64,000 bases of DNA, from NCBI RefSeq assembly GCF_006345805.1, contig NC_043000.1:162564001-162628000 (forward strand), given 5' to 3'. This document shows, one piece after another, positions 13,798-26,861 of the stretch (the stretch's first letter is position 1; each line of letters opens with the position of its first letter). A program made the position numbers and the translations under genes. The DNA is from Octopus sinensis. Lineage: Eukaryota. Below the pieces are notes generated by a model. The model saw only the letters and a program-made list of their open reading frames with translations. It ran no database searches and was not told the DNA's origin.

Positions 13798-15610
13798 GCA
13801 GAGACAAGGTGTGTGAGTGAGGAAGAGAGGGAAAAGTTAACATACATCAATAAACAACAGTAGCAGATACGGGTTGATCCATATATGTGTTTGAACGTTT
13901 AAACAAACATTTGTATTTGTCATAATTTAATAACTTTTAAAAATAGCTTTTTATTTTTAAATTTGTATTTTCTGATTATGTTTCAGTTGCGATGAGATCA
14001 ACTTATATTTGTATTTTATCGCCCTGTCCCATTAGACCAAGACCCATAGCTATATGAGTATTTATAGCTTCAAATACTATATGTCTGCCTGCCTGTCTAC
14101 ACACACTGCTCTGTTTTGGCCACAGTATGAATTGAACTCAGAGCCAAAATGAAACAAAGTAAATGCCACAAGTTCTATGATTCTAACATATCACTCTCTT
14201 TATGAGACTATATTTACGTATATTCTCCAAAATGCAGATCTTTCTGAGGAACATAAAATCAGCAAACGAAATAGGTTTAAACAGCAATTCTCTAAGAATA
14301 TCATTTACTGTGATTTTACCAACATATAAGTATAAGACTTGATAAGAAACGCAATAGATCCCAATTATATAATAAACTAAATGTCACACGGAGACTTCAT
14401 TGCAAATACGTAGTAAATGTATTAGCAACTTCAAAAGACCTGCTGAAGTTTAATGGCTGAATTAAACTTCACGAGATCTTTCAAAGTGATATTTCTTCAC
14501 TTGTCCTTAATGTTTTCTTTTGAACAATAACTTTCCCAACTGTATCAAATTTTCAATATTTTGCCTATTTTTATCTCTTGGGCGGTAATTCTCTGTGACT
14601 TTTACATTGTGGGCGAGAATCATAGGAACACTGTTGTGTCTCTTTTGTATTCGTTATCGCAAGACTTTTCTGACTGTCGACGTCGAGTTTCTTTCAACGG
14701 TATCGAGATAATTTTACTGCGGAGTTTTGTCCTACTCTGTTGCTAGTGTATACTGTCTGTCTGTTTAGTTGTGTTATCTGCTATTATTCATATATAGCCT
14801 CCATGCCAAGTGTTCTATGTTCTTTTGTAAGGCGTGTATTCTATAAGAGATATTTATTTTTTCCTACTGTAATCTTTTGCTATTAAATCAAGTTAGCGTT
14901 AGCATTTTTAATACTTGCAGCATAAAACCTAATCAGAAATGATAATGAAACGGTGATTAATAATTCAGAGCAGGTGTAGGGGTATGCAGCGTTGCAGTGC
15001 GTTGCTGTATTTACACTTTGTTGGTATATTCCCGGGTACTCCTGGGTGGTCCATCGTGCGGAGACCCCTTCTACGCGAGATACTCTCTCGTCTGCTGTGA
15101 GCATGTGGCATGTGATTAGTCAACATGAGTCGTCAATCCAGACGGATCCTGAGTGAAGACAAGAGTGAAAAGGATAAGTATTATTGTGAAAGTATCGTAT
15201 GTTCTATGCTTTTCTGAAAATATCAGGATAGGAGCGAATCAAGCCACATGTATTTCACGTCGTTAATGTAATATGTTTAGTTAGCTTTTTAATGTTCTCT
15301 AATAACTGAATTAACTAAATTAAAGACAGAAAAGTGTATTTTCTCTCAGTGTTGAAGGTCTTAAAATGTCCGGGAATCTCTTTTCCCCACCTCATGCGAA
15401 CTAGTGCTTAATTGCAAACTTCACTAAATATATAGAAATTTAGGTATCTCAAAATACCTATTGTACGCATACACAAGTGTATGTATGTATGTATGTATGT
15501 ATGTATGTATGTATGTATGTATGTATGTATGTATGTATGTATACTAGCTGAAGGTGATCCGCTCTACGCGCGGGTAAGAGTGTGGTTGTTATTTTCTGTT
15601 GCTTCCTTTC

Positions 15611-15904
15611 AGCACGTAAAAAGCACCATCCGAACGTGGCCGATTGCAGTGCCGCCTTGACTGGCTTCTGTGCCGGTGGCACGTAAAAAGCACCAACCGA
15701 TCATGGCCGCTGCCAGCCCCCCTGGCACCTGTGCCGGCGGCACGAAAAAAGCACCCACTACGCTCACAGAGTGGTTGGCGTTAGGAAGGTCATCCACCTG
15801 TAGAAACACTGCCAGATCAGACTGGAGCCTGGTGCAGCCTCCTGGCTTCCCAGACCCCGGTCAAACTGTCCAACCCGTGCTAGCACGGAAAACGGACGTT
15901 AAAC

Positions 15905-15943
<39 letters not shown>
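15611..15943 (+). mobile_element. SINE or LINE 3' portion with RTE-like tail ending in (GAT)n
   Basis: GGCGTTAGGAAGGTCATCCACCTGTAGAAAC..GGACGTTAAAC followed by (GAT)13. GCACGTAAAAAGCACC occurs three times (15612, 15679, and 15740 with one mismatch). RTE affinity is from recall. Confidence 0.65.
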
Positions 15944-15944
<1 letters not shown>

Positions 15945-16653
15945 CTCCCTCTTTGTTTCTCTCTCCTTTCTCTCTTCCTTTCTCTCGGACTCTCCCTCGC
16001 TTTCTCTTACCCTCTATCTTTATCTATCTCTCTCCCATTTATGAACAACAAAATATCTTGAGTAAGTTGAGAAATAAAATATTTAGAAAGATCAATCATA
16101 AATATCAGGCAGTAACAACGGAAAGGTCTGCTTCAAGGCAGACAGCAAAATACTGACATTTAAAAGGGACAGACGAACTTGCGAGCTGAATAACGACGGA
16201 CAGCAACGTTTTGACAGTTTAACGGCTGGCGTAAAATTTTGAACTTGATGTAAAAGAAAATCCCTAAACACCAAGTTTTGAAGTGATTCTTTCTCACGAC
16301 AGTAGACTCACCATGGCAAGTATTCAAAACTTCTTCTTCATGGACGGCAAGACATTGACGATTAAAAGGCTGGCGCAAATTTTTTAGCTTGATGTAACAG
16401 AGAATTCCTAAACACCCGCTCCTTTAAATTTTAATCCCCTTCCAGCCCCATTTAGACCCCTTTTCACATTTTGGTTAATATAACCCGATTTCATTCGGGT
16501 GTACTGGGGCCACATTTTATAATATGAGGAATTTTGTCCTAGAGGCCACGCGTTTCATTTGCGGAAAAAAAATAGTTGTCATGCAAACTTGCCAGCACTT
16601 TTAACATAGGTGTGCATATTTTCAGCTGAGCCGACCGACCACATAATGCACAC

Positions 16654-16738
<85 letters not shown>

Positions 16739-17513
16739 GTGTGTTTGTGTGTGTTGGAGTGTCTCTCATACGTGAGCGTTGACGCTGAATTCGACTGTTA
16801 AACAGGTAACCTTGTCTTTGTTGAAATAGTTGTGAGCTGCTGGAGTTATTTCTCTGACGGGTAATAGGAATTTCCATTTCCTCCGAGGAAACGAACTGTT
16901 GACGCAGACAATTAGAATTAATTTTAATAAAAGCATCAATTTAAGAAAAAATAATAAAGTAGTAAAAAATGAAAATTTAGCACGAAAAATTTGCAGGGTT
17001 CTAAATAAATGTTAAAATGTAATAGATACGAAAAACCTACGTTATCACCAGAACAAGAACGCTCGTTGGCGTGTTCTGCTTGTATTTGCTCGATCGGCGC
17101 GTTGACAGGCAGACAATAGAATGGATGGCGAGATTCATAATATTTGTTGTCATGTGTTGGTGGTGGCGATGGTAATTCTCTCTATGAATGCAGACAGATA
17201 CATAAAAGAAGGCCGTTTGAGGAAGTGGAAGTAATGGGAATGTATGAAATATAGTGAGTGAAAAAGTGCTTGGAAGAGAGGAAATAGCGAGAGTGAGTTG
17301 AGGAAGACAGATACATTAAAGAACGTTAGTGGACTTGTCAAAGTGGGTTTTTTATCCTAGCAACGACACCTTTTAAGATATGGATTTCTAAGGTAGCCCA
17401 CGGGCATCTTCACCTCATTTTACATGTCCCTGTAAATTTTGGAGTCAATCGGACGGGATGTAGTGGCGATCCCAGCGGTAAAAACGCATTTCAGTTTTAT
17501 ATGTAGAGATATG

Positions 17514-17544
<31 letters not shown>

Positions 17545-17574
17545 TAATATATATATATATATATAATATATATA

Positions 17575-17620
<46 letters not shown>

Positions 17621-17828
17621 TATACATATTCATATGTATATATATGTATAGATATGCATATGCATGTATCATTTATTCAGTTTTGTTTCAAGATTTCTTG
17701 CCAATAAAGAGTGGGGTTTTAACCGAGTTCTAAGGCTCCTTCATTGGAATTTCAGCAACATCAACAGGGTATTTTGTATGTATGTATGTATGTATGTATG
17801 TATGTATGTATGTATGTATGTATGTATG

Positions 17829-17862
<34 letters not shown>

Positions 17863-17892
17863 TGTATGTATATATGTATGTATGTATGTATG

Positions 17893-18745
17893 TCTCTTCT
17901 ATTTTTTAATTATTATAAATCTTCCACTGAGGAGGGAGCCAGTTTGCAACAAAGATACAAGGTTCCATCTTTGGGATGTAGTTAACACAGACAACCTTAC
18001 ATCTGGAACTTGAGAAAAGTCTTGCATATTTTTATCGTTTATCTCACTGATTACTTTTGTAATGTACGAATCAGCTGGTCAGTTTCTTTTTCAGAAAATC
18101 TCACTTTATCCAAATTCTCCTTTAAGAATTTATTAACAAAACCTAGTGCTCCAAGTATTACTGGTATGAATATGAATTCATAGTCTGGATATAGAAGCTG
18201 GAGGTTTCGAAGCCGATGTCCATAGATATACTATTTTTCTTTGATTTTCACAGAGATATTTATATCTGCAGGGCAGCTGACCTCTATGATGGCAATATCT
18301 TTGCCCCTTTGCCCCAAACCACAATATCCGGCTTGTTATGCTTACATTTGACAGAAGTTTTGACGGGAATATTTTACCAGTTTTCCTTGAGTTGATGTTT
18401 ATGAATGTATTGCATAACAGAGGGATTTTCTGAGTTTATTTCAGGACAGCCTTTTTTATGGATGGCATTGTAAATTGTTTTAGCAACTCCATCGTACTTC
18501 ATAGGGAGGTAGTACTGTGACGACATTTTAGGACAGCTGCTAATCACATGCATAATGTCTTTCACATAGACGTGACATAATCTACACATGCGGTTGCACC
18601 TTGGGATCACAATAGCGTCACTGTCTCTCTTGTTCACCAGGTACTTTGTAGCAATCTCCTGTTCCTGGATTTCAAACGCATAAACTTCAAAGTGTGATGT
18701 GATGTAGTGGTCTTGTTTCGAAGAGAGGCTGCACAATTGCTTGAA
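17893..18745 (-). mobile_element. 3' fragment of an RLE-type non-LTR retrotransposon (R4/Dong-like)
   Basis: ORF 18374-18736 has a CRLC..HVISSC knuckle. Downstream frames give KHNKPDIVVW..IIEVSCPAD (PD-(D/E)xK nuclease) and LRNLQLLYPDYEFIFIPVILGALG. Ends in a (CATA)n tract. Confidence 0.8.
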
Positions 18746-18779
18746 AGTGCTCAGGTTGAACCCAAGACGCTAAACATTG

Positions 18780-19670
18780 TATAACTTGGTTAAGAAGAGA
18801 CAATATTTAGATAATCATCCCATAGATATGATTAACATCAACATAATACATACATATAACACGCAATAAATACACCAAGACAAGGAACATATCTATATAT
18901 TCATTAGAATAGAAATAATACATGAGGTAAATCTATACGTGTAAAGTGTAAATAAATAAAAAATGATACATCGATTAAAAATCATATTAAATTAAGATTT
19001 AAAATGTTGAATTAAGAATTAAGAACTATAAGTTGTAAGATACATCGACGGCGTTGAGAAATCATAAATCATAAGATTTAAAAGTGAGAAAAATAATAAG
19101 GATAAATCTGCTATAAGAGTTCGAAAGAGTTCCTTTAGAATTCTTATAGCAAAAGTGCGGTGAGCTGGCAGAAACGTTAGCACGTCTCTCTTTACGTTCT
19201 GAGTTCAAATTCCGCTGAGGTCGACTTTGCCTTTCATCCTTTCGGGGTTGACAAATTAAGTACCAGTAGCTTACTGGGTAGGGGGGAGTGTAGTCGATGT
19301 AAACGACTGGCCCCTTCCCCCAAAATTGCGGACCTTGTACCTAGAGTAGAAGAGATCTCTTATAGCAAACGTATCCTTTTTATTTCTCTGACTTTTAAAT
19401 CCATCTTTATTATTTTCCACCGCCGTCGCTGTATCTTACAACTATTAATTATTAGTTCAACATTTTTAATGTTGATTTAATATGATTTATAATCGATGTA
19501 TCATTTTTTTATTTATTTACACTTTTCACGTATATTTTTTTTCTCATGTACTTATTATTTTTATTCTAATTTATTTGATATTTCCTTGTCATGGTGTATT
19601 TATTATGTTGATATAAATCATATCTCTAGGATGATTATCTAAATATTGTCTCTTCTAAAACCAAGTTATA
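18780..19670. mobile_element. Foldback/palindromic element with ~340-bp arms
   Basis: 18780-19119 is the diverged reverse complement of 19142-19670 once the SINE is removed (e.g. TATAACTTGG..AGAAGAGACAATATTTAGATAATCATCC). Central spacer ~22 bp. Confidence 0.85.
19154..19357 (+). mobile_element. tRNA-derived SINE (OK-like) with 12-bp TSD
   Basis: GAGCTGGCAGAAACGTTAGCACG..GAGTTCAAATTCC..GTCGACTTTGCCTTTCATCC. TCTTATAGCAAA is duplicated at 19142-19153 and 19358-19369. Confidence 0.9.
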
Positions 19671-19744
<74 letters not shown>

Positions 19745-21929
19745 AGAAAGAAAGAGATAAGATGAAAAGCAGATTTGTTTTACAGGATTTAAGAGTATAT
19801 TAGAGGCATGATAATAATGATATACTATTTTGTACAAAATTTATATATACATACAGCGGGAGGGGGAGGGAGAGAGAGGGAGAGAGGGGGAGGGAGAGGG
19901 AAGGAGAGATAGAGAGAGAGGGAAGATGCATTCCAGAACTTTTGAGAATTTTAAAAGAGAATTGATCTAGAATTTTTTAATTTTAGAATATCATTACTAT
20001 GCTTCTAAGAAGCAGACCTGCTGACTTTTATTCTAGATTCAAAGAAGGCCACCAATAAAAACAATAAGGATACAAAATGGAGCTGACGTAGCAACTGTAT
20101 ACAGAATCATTCGTGAAGATCTTAAAGTCAAATGTTCGATTTCCAGTGAGGAAATTCCTCAAAGCACTTCAAGTTTGTAGTAGGTCCACTCAGCTGGCGA
20201 AAATCAAAAGTAAGACCAAGCGCCAGGTCTCAGTCAAGAGTCAGGAATACTTTCAAATCCTTTCAGGCTTGAAGAAGAATACCTCTTACGGGGGATGGCT
20301 GTAACCTATCTATTACCATTTACATTTGTATAAAACGTTGGGTATGTAGTAACAGATTTTTGGGACTAAAAGTATTACTAAAAATATGCACAACCCTCCA
20401 AGGTACTCACTTAAAGTTTTATCCATACAGCTACAAGGAAAGATTAGCTTATTGTACAGCTGTTTTAGCTCATGCTTATTGCACACCAGTGCAGCATCCT
20501 TATCTGGTATGCCCAGGAAAAAGAAAAAGAAATAATCGGCCATCTAGCGAAAACAAAGTAAAAAGAAAATGTTTTTAAAATTAGAAAATTCAGAGGTTTA
20601 TAAAATGAAACAAACGTTTACCAGAACACATCTTATCTTTGCTTTCTAAAATATAATCGTGATTTATTCATGACCATTGCCTCGGATCACTGAAAGAAAC
20701 CGGACCCAAAACTTAAAACTACCGTCAAAAGACATGCCTAAAGTGGCTTATGACAAATGTTGCTGCTGTTGTTGTTGTTGATGCATTTGTTGATAATGAT
20801 TAAGTTTATCACGTCGTTCATGCTGATAGTGCTGCGGATAATGCGAAGTGGGTGAAAGAGAGATGGCAGATGGTGAAATATGGCGACAATGATGAGGACT
20901 AAGATGAGAATGATGATAATACTGATGACGATAAAGATAAAGATGGATACTATGTTGAATTTGAGACGATTTTAATTAAAATTTCTGAGATTTTGTTTTT
21001 TAATATTTTTCTCCAACGTATCAGACGTGAGATTGTTCGGCATCAAGATAAAGAGATGATTGTGAAGAGTACAAAGGCAAATACATACGTGTATTGATGC
21101 TCACATATTCACACACATACGGGCGTGAACATACAAATATATACACGCAACTCGCGTGCAATACTCATACATACACATACGCACAGACAAACACCTACTA
21201 TAAGATTTTTGACATGGCGTCAAATCCATGTTATGCTTTTTTGAATATAGACAAGCTTTTATCTATTATCACCATTGTTTTATCAGCGGGCATTCATGTA
21301 TATACAGATATAGCTACACATATGTGTGTATGTGAATGTGCGGGAATTCATAGAAGCGTGCAATATATGTTAAGTTTAAATGTATAGGTATTTGCATCAG
21401 TGTGTGTGTCTGTCTGCTTGTCTGCCTGCCTGTATGTTTCTTCATGCATATTAAACGGGCATTAACATAGGCAGAATAATTTTATTTGATGTAAGTGGAA
21501 TATTTTATCTTTAAGAGTGCACAACTTCTCAGCAGGAAGTAGGTGCTACGATGTTATATCTATGGGAATTCAAAACACGAGAAGAATGAATCACAAATAT
21601 ACCATACAATAGCGCTTGTGTGTGTGTTTGTGTGTGTGTGTATCTAGCAATCTTTATATCCTACTAAGAACGCCATAGTACTGCGGCACTCATCTTGAGA
21701 AGACATATCTTATAGATGTAAAGTGCTAAACATGCACAAGAGTATCAGTAGCAGGAGTAAAATTACCACCACTGGCAGTGAGACTTCAAAATCACGTGAT
21801 TTCTGTGTTTGTATCGCGATTTCAGCTTTAAAAATCGGGTAAACACCATGTAGAACACGGGGAAAATGGCTGGCCAACCTTCACGCGGAGTCAAACCCTG
21901 CACCTCTTAAATTCCGAATTAGCGCTCAG

Positions 21930-22190
21930 ATTCTCGATTCACTATTACCATCTCTCAAGCTTTCTCGTCAGTGGTGGAGGGTGACGAGCGTCCTCCTCCG
22001 TCTTCGTGCGTTACGCTTGTCCGGCCACTTTTAAGCTTCTCGATCCTCTCACACACAATCTGCGCGGTAGTGCACTGTTGCGCTAAAAGCCTCCAATGAA
22101 TTTCAGCACCTGACACACCTTCCGACCAATTGAAATCGGATCACTGCTCTTTGTTCTTCTTTGGCGCACATTGCTAGTGGAGCGGCCATG
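21930..22190 (-). pseudogene. Mariner transposase N-terminal (HTH) remnant
   Basis: With frameshifts: MAAPLAMCAKEEQRAVIRF..SEGVSGAEIHWRL..ERIEKLKSGRTSVTHEDGGGRSSPSTTDEK, typical of the mariner N-terminus. Confidence 0.8.
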
Positions 22191-22461
22191 CTTACATTGT
22201 AAAGCCAGATGGAAAAATGGCGCTATCAGGCTGAAACTTCGATCACTTGACAATACTACCAACTATAAGCATACATGCGCAGAAAGCGGTGTGACAATAA
22301 TAAAGATATGATATGGTGAAAGTGCGGATAATTTTTGACTTCTCCTCGTACATTGCTAGGAATATATATAGATAAGAAATTTAGTTTGTTACAATGAAAA
22401 TCCTAAATCCATATTTGCTGTTTCCAACCTTCACAATCACGTTTTCAAGATTTAACAAATA

Positions 22462-23049
22462 CGAGGGTCGGCTGAAAAATTGATAGGCTGATCAAGATAT
22501 TCTCATGGAATGTGACCAAATGAAGTTTATTTCCAGCATGGTCACTTTGTCATCAACAGCAGATATGATGTCATCGTCATGCCAAGTTCATTGTGCAGAA
22601 TATTCTCAACTTTCTTACGGATATGGTTATAGCATTGGTATATTTGATTTATAGTCAATTGCCTGTCATCTCTCACCATGTGCTGAACACGATCCATGAT
22701 TTCTTCGGTGGTGGCAGTTACAGGACGTTCAGCCCTTGGGTCATCTTCAAGACTCTCCATTACCCTCCAAAATTCAGCTTACCAATTTTACAGTTTATGA
22801 AACTAAATCATCATCTCCTAATGTAGCAATCATGTCAGCATGAATATCTTCGAGAGCAACGATGCCAAATTCTTTTTTGATGCTAGGTACTTTTGAAGTC
22901 TTCTTTGAACAGAGAGATTTCAGTTTACCTGGAAAGAAAAAATGCAGTTATTGATAAGTGGGGGGGGGGTGAAATTATGGCATGCAAGACAACATCTCAA
23001 GCATCACTCCTTCATATAATCAGCTCATGAACTTTTCAGTCCCCGCTTG
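22462..23049 (-). mobile_element. Non-autonomous mariner element
   Basis: Left end TA-CGAGGGTCGGCTGAAAAATT with a degenerate inverse near 23020-23049. ORF 22542-22760 reads SLEDDPRAERPVTATTEEIMDRV..NILHNELGM. Confidence 0.85.
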
Positions 23050-23417
23050 AATGTAGCATATGAGTTGCTGCCAATTTTTTTATAGACTCCTCTGCTTAAA
23101 TATTTTTATTTTGCCATTAAGCTTTCGCATTAGTCTTCATGTGTGAACTTGTTTTGTTACTGCTACTGAAGACTTTAAGCGGGAAAACCCACATAAATTT
23201 AACTACAGAGATTATAGCAATACAAGCAGTAGCCTGATACCAATTTACTTGAATTCTTAAAAATGAGACTGTTATTGTGTGAAAACTTTGAAGGGACTTA
23301 GCATCTTTATTGTAGCAAATTAAGTTCAAAGTCTAAGAAAATATGAAAAGTGTGTATTCAAAACAATTTAACACTGTCTAAAAGGAAACATCTATAACAG
23401 AAAATTTGTTCCCCATA

Positions 23418-23548
23418 CAGGCGTGGCTGTGTGGTAGGAGGCTTGCTTCCCAACCACATGGTTCCGGATTCAGCTCCTCTGCGTAGCAACATGGGCAAGT
23501 GTCTTCATGGGCAAGCCTTATGAGTGGATTTTGTAGACGGAAGCTGAA
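23418..23548 (+). mobile_element. OR-like SINE 5' half
   Basis: Head CAGGCGTGGCTGTGTGGTAG..GGTTCCGGATTCAG matches the 9186 copy; internally deleted, ends in (TA)n. Confidence 0.85.
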
Positions 23549-23554
23549 AGAAGC

Positions 23555-23614
<60 letters not shown>

Positions 23615-23686
23615 CCTTAAATCCTTAAAAATGTTTCAGCCCGAAGGCTGCGGCCAAGCTGGGGCACCACCGTTGAATGAGCTACA

Positions 23687-25048
23687 CTAGTATGTGAAAC
23701 CACCTCTGATACGTTGCACTTGCTCAACAAGGGAGTTCGATGCCGCTGCCTGCATCTGTGTTTCCTGCCGAGAGGTAGGTTCATCTGGGAACCCCGACAA
23801 GAAGAGATCCAGTTTAGTTTTAAAGAAACCCACATCAACACCATGCAGGTCTGTCAGGCATTTAGGGAGGATTTTGAAGAGCTGTGGTCCTCTGAAACCC
23901 AAGCTGTTGCAGTATCTGGTCCTGTATTTTGATGGTGATGTTGGAATCTTTGGTACCATGCGGTTGGGGTAACTTTGAATGCCAAAATTCGGGACAAGAC
24001 CCTCCAGGGTTTTCCAGATGTATATCACTGCATATCTCTCCCGCCTTCGCTCCAAGGAGAAGATTTTTAATACTTTCAGTCTTTCCCAGTAGCTGATATG
24101 TTGCATTGAGACGATCTTAGTGTAGCTTCGTTGAATTGCTTCGAGGTCTGCTGTTAGCTTTATATTGTGTGGTGACCATAGTTCGGAGCAGTAGCCCAAG
24201 CGGCTGAGGACGAATGTTTTCCAAAGGACCATCAGTGTCTCCTTCTCTCTTGTTCTGAAATTTCGGAGAATCCATCCAGCTAGCCGTCGGCATTTTATCA
24301 CCAAATTAGTAATATGCACTTGGAAAGATGCATCATTGCTCATGTCAATGTCCAGGTCACGCACTGATTTTGACTCAGGAATTACAATTCTTTCCGGGCC
24401 AGTGTATCCAGTCTGCATGTCGTTTACCTTTGTGTGCCGGTAGTGCAGGGCCTGGAACTTTCCTGCATTAAACTGCATGTTGTTTTCCTCAGCCCACCTG
24501 TATATTGCATCCAACTCCCGTTGCAGATGTGCAATATTTCCAGGGTTTTGTATTGTGTGGGAGACGTTTGTGTCATCTGCATAGCTAGCAAGGGTGGCCA
24601 TCTTAGCAACTGAGAGCATGTCTGAAAGGGTCACTATGAACAGCAGTGGCCCCAAGACAGTGCCCTGTGGAACACCGCTTGCTATTTGTATTTCCTTGGA
24701 GGTGGCTCCATTGGCCACAACTGCCTGATTTCTATCTTTTAGGAAGTCGTGCAGCCACTCTCCAAGTTTTCCACCTATGCCGAGACCACGTAGTTTGTGA
24801 CAGATCATACCATAGTCGACTTTATCAAAGGCTTTTGCAAAGTAGAGATATATCACATCTACATTTGAGCCATTTAGTACCTGTTTTAACACCCAGTCAT
24901 AGTGTTGCAGGAGCTGTGTTAGGCAGCCTCTAACTGGTCGAAATCCATGCTGGATGTCAGTCAGCAAGTCATTTTCTTCAAGGAACATGATTAGTTCCAT
25001 GACTTTGTTGATGTGTGAGGTCAGAGAGATGCTTATAATTTTAAGCAT
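23687..25048 (-). pseudogene. LINE ORF2 reverse transcriptase domain
   Basis: Motifs QHGFRP, YLYFAKAFDKV (LDF motif mutated), SGVPQGTVLGPLLF, YADD, QFNAGK. Confidence 0.95.
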
Positions 25049-25523
25049 CTGCTCTGCTTCCTCCCTTATGGATGGGGCATATTACCCCTTATTTAAATTT
25101 GACTGGGAGCTTACCACTTGCAAGAAAACTCTGAAAAAGAAGCTGTAGCGGTTTTGCAAGGGCTCTTTTGTACGATTTGAGAAGGATTGCTGGATGTCCA
25201 CCAGGTCCAGCGGCTGAGTTTGTGTCAATCTCATCTATGGCCAGTGTGATATCATCATCTTCGATGTAGATGTACTCAATTTTTGCCTCTTTGGCCACGG
25301 GTAAAGTGGCAAAGAATTCTTCTGGTTTGTTTACTTGCCTGTGTCCTAGAGGTGTAGTGAACACACTTTGGAAGTGTTCGTTCAGTAATTCACTCATCCT
25401 CGTGGGATTTCCTGTGAGGGAGCCAACTTTTTGGAAGAGAGGTCTTATTCTCTGGCGCACTGTGGCTGTCTCTTTGGCAAACTTAAAGAAAGCTTTAGGG
25501 TTTGACTTGATATTTTCTATTAC

Positions 25524-26735
25524 TCAAGCTTCTTTATCTGCTCTCTCATTTTCATGAGACTGATGCAGACTTTTCTCAATTTCCATTCGCATTCTCTCGA
25601 GGCGAGACTTCTCACCACTTTTGGTGTGCTTGCTCCGGCGGTTCGCAATCCTTGTCCGTCGTCTCATAAGAATCTTCCTGTCTGTAGGGATCTTGTTTTT
25701 GTGTGTGCTGGCCCTGCACACTAGGACATATTTGTTACATATGGCTTGTATTATGGCCATGAAACGTTTGTGTTTCATGTCAATGTCTGGTGTGAGACAT
25801 TTAGGCCAATCATGTTTGAGGGTCTCTTTCTCAATCAACTTCCAATTTACTTTATGAAAGTTTAAGTTGGAGAGATGGTGGATGCTTCGTATAGGCTGTG
25901 TATCTACGGGGGGTTCTGGTCCATACATAGACAGCTCTATTATGTTGTGATCCGAGATCATTGTCGGCATCACTTTAACATTATGGATAATATCCATATT
26001 GTTTGTGAAGCAGAGATCCGGTATATTATTTGCCCTGACTGGTTGCAGCACTATTTTCTCCATGAAAGAGGCATTTGTGAGACGGAGCAGGGACTCTGCC
26101 TGTGCTTGCTGATAGTGTGTCATCCCTGGGAGCATCTGCCCCCCAGGCCATTCTACATTGGGGAAGTTAAAGTCACCCATGAAGATTACACTGTTGTGTT
26201 GTTCCAGTTTGGTGAGAACTTCTATTTTTGTTAGGCAGTCTTCAAACATGCCTGTGTGATTTGGGGCATCCGGTGGGCGATATGAAGTACATATGACGAT
26301 ATTCAGGTGTCTTATGTGTACAATTTGAGTGTCACACACTGAGTTTGAATATGACAACAGGACCTGGGGCGTGAGGTCATCTCGGATGTACACTGCAACT
26401 CCACCATGACTCCTTCCCACTCTATCTGAGCGTATGACAACATACTGCGGTATGTTTATTTCTGCATCCCCTACATCAGGTCCAAGATGCATTTCTATGA
26501 GTGCCATCGATATAGTTTGATTGCATGCCGCAAGGTCTCTCAGGAATGAGATTTTCCTTTTACAGTTGCCATGCAGCAGCCCTCCTACGTTCAGTAGAAA
26601 TATTTTTGTGGCGTGTGTGTTGGTGTTTATGGTGGCCATCCTGCATCTGTTGGTGGTGGCCTTATGTGGTGGTAGTTCCAGCTTTGTGTTTGTAGCCAGG
26701 TTAGCTGCTGGAAAACTTTTTGTGCCATGAACCAA
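25524..26735 (-). pseudogene. LINE ORF2 apurinic-like endonuclease domain
   Basis: Motifs LLNVGGL, IRSDR..HGGVAVYI, YRPP, GDFNFP, DLCFTN, SDHNII. Confidence 0.9.
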
Positions 26736-26824
26736 AAAGATTGCTGTTCAGCTGCTGTCCTTCTCACATCTGGATGAAGCTGGCCATTTTGGGGGCTGGG
26801 CTATGCAGTATCTTTTGGGACCGC

Positions 26825-26857
<33 letters not shown>

Positions 26858-26861
26858 GTTT

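Larger units (their letters stand above)
23613..26830 (-). mobile_element. CR1-group LINE, near-complete ORF2, frameshifted
   Basis: APE endonuclease, linker and RT lie in three consecutive broken ORFs; structured 3' tail and AAGGATTT repeats at 23613-23670. Confidence 0.95.

Noticed and set aside
14620-15130. GPCR-like or Cys-rich peptides (IIGTLLCLFCIRYRK; AVFTLCWYIP)
   Set aside because: Short, stop-bounded, different frames; similarity is superficial.
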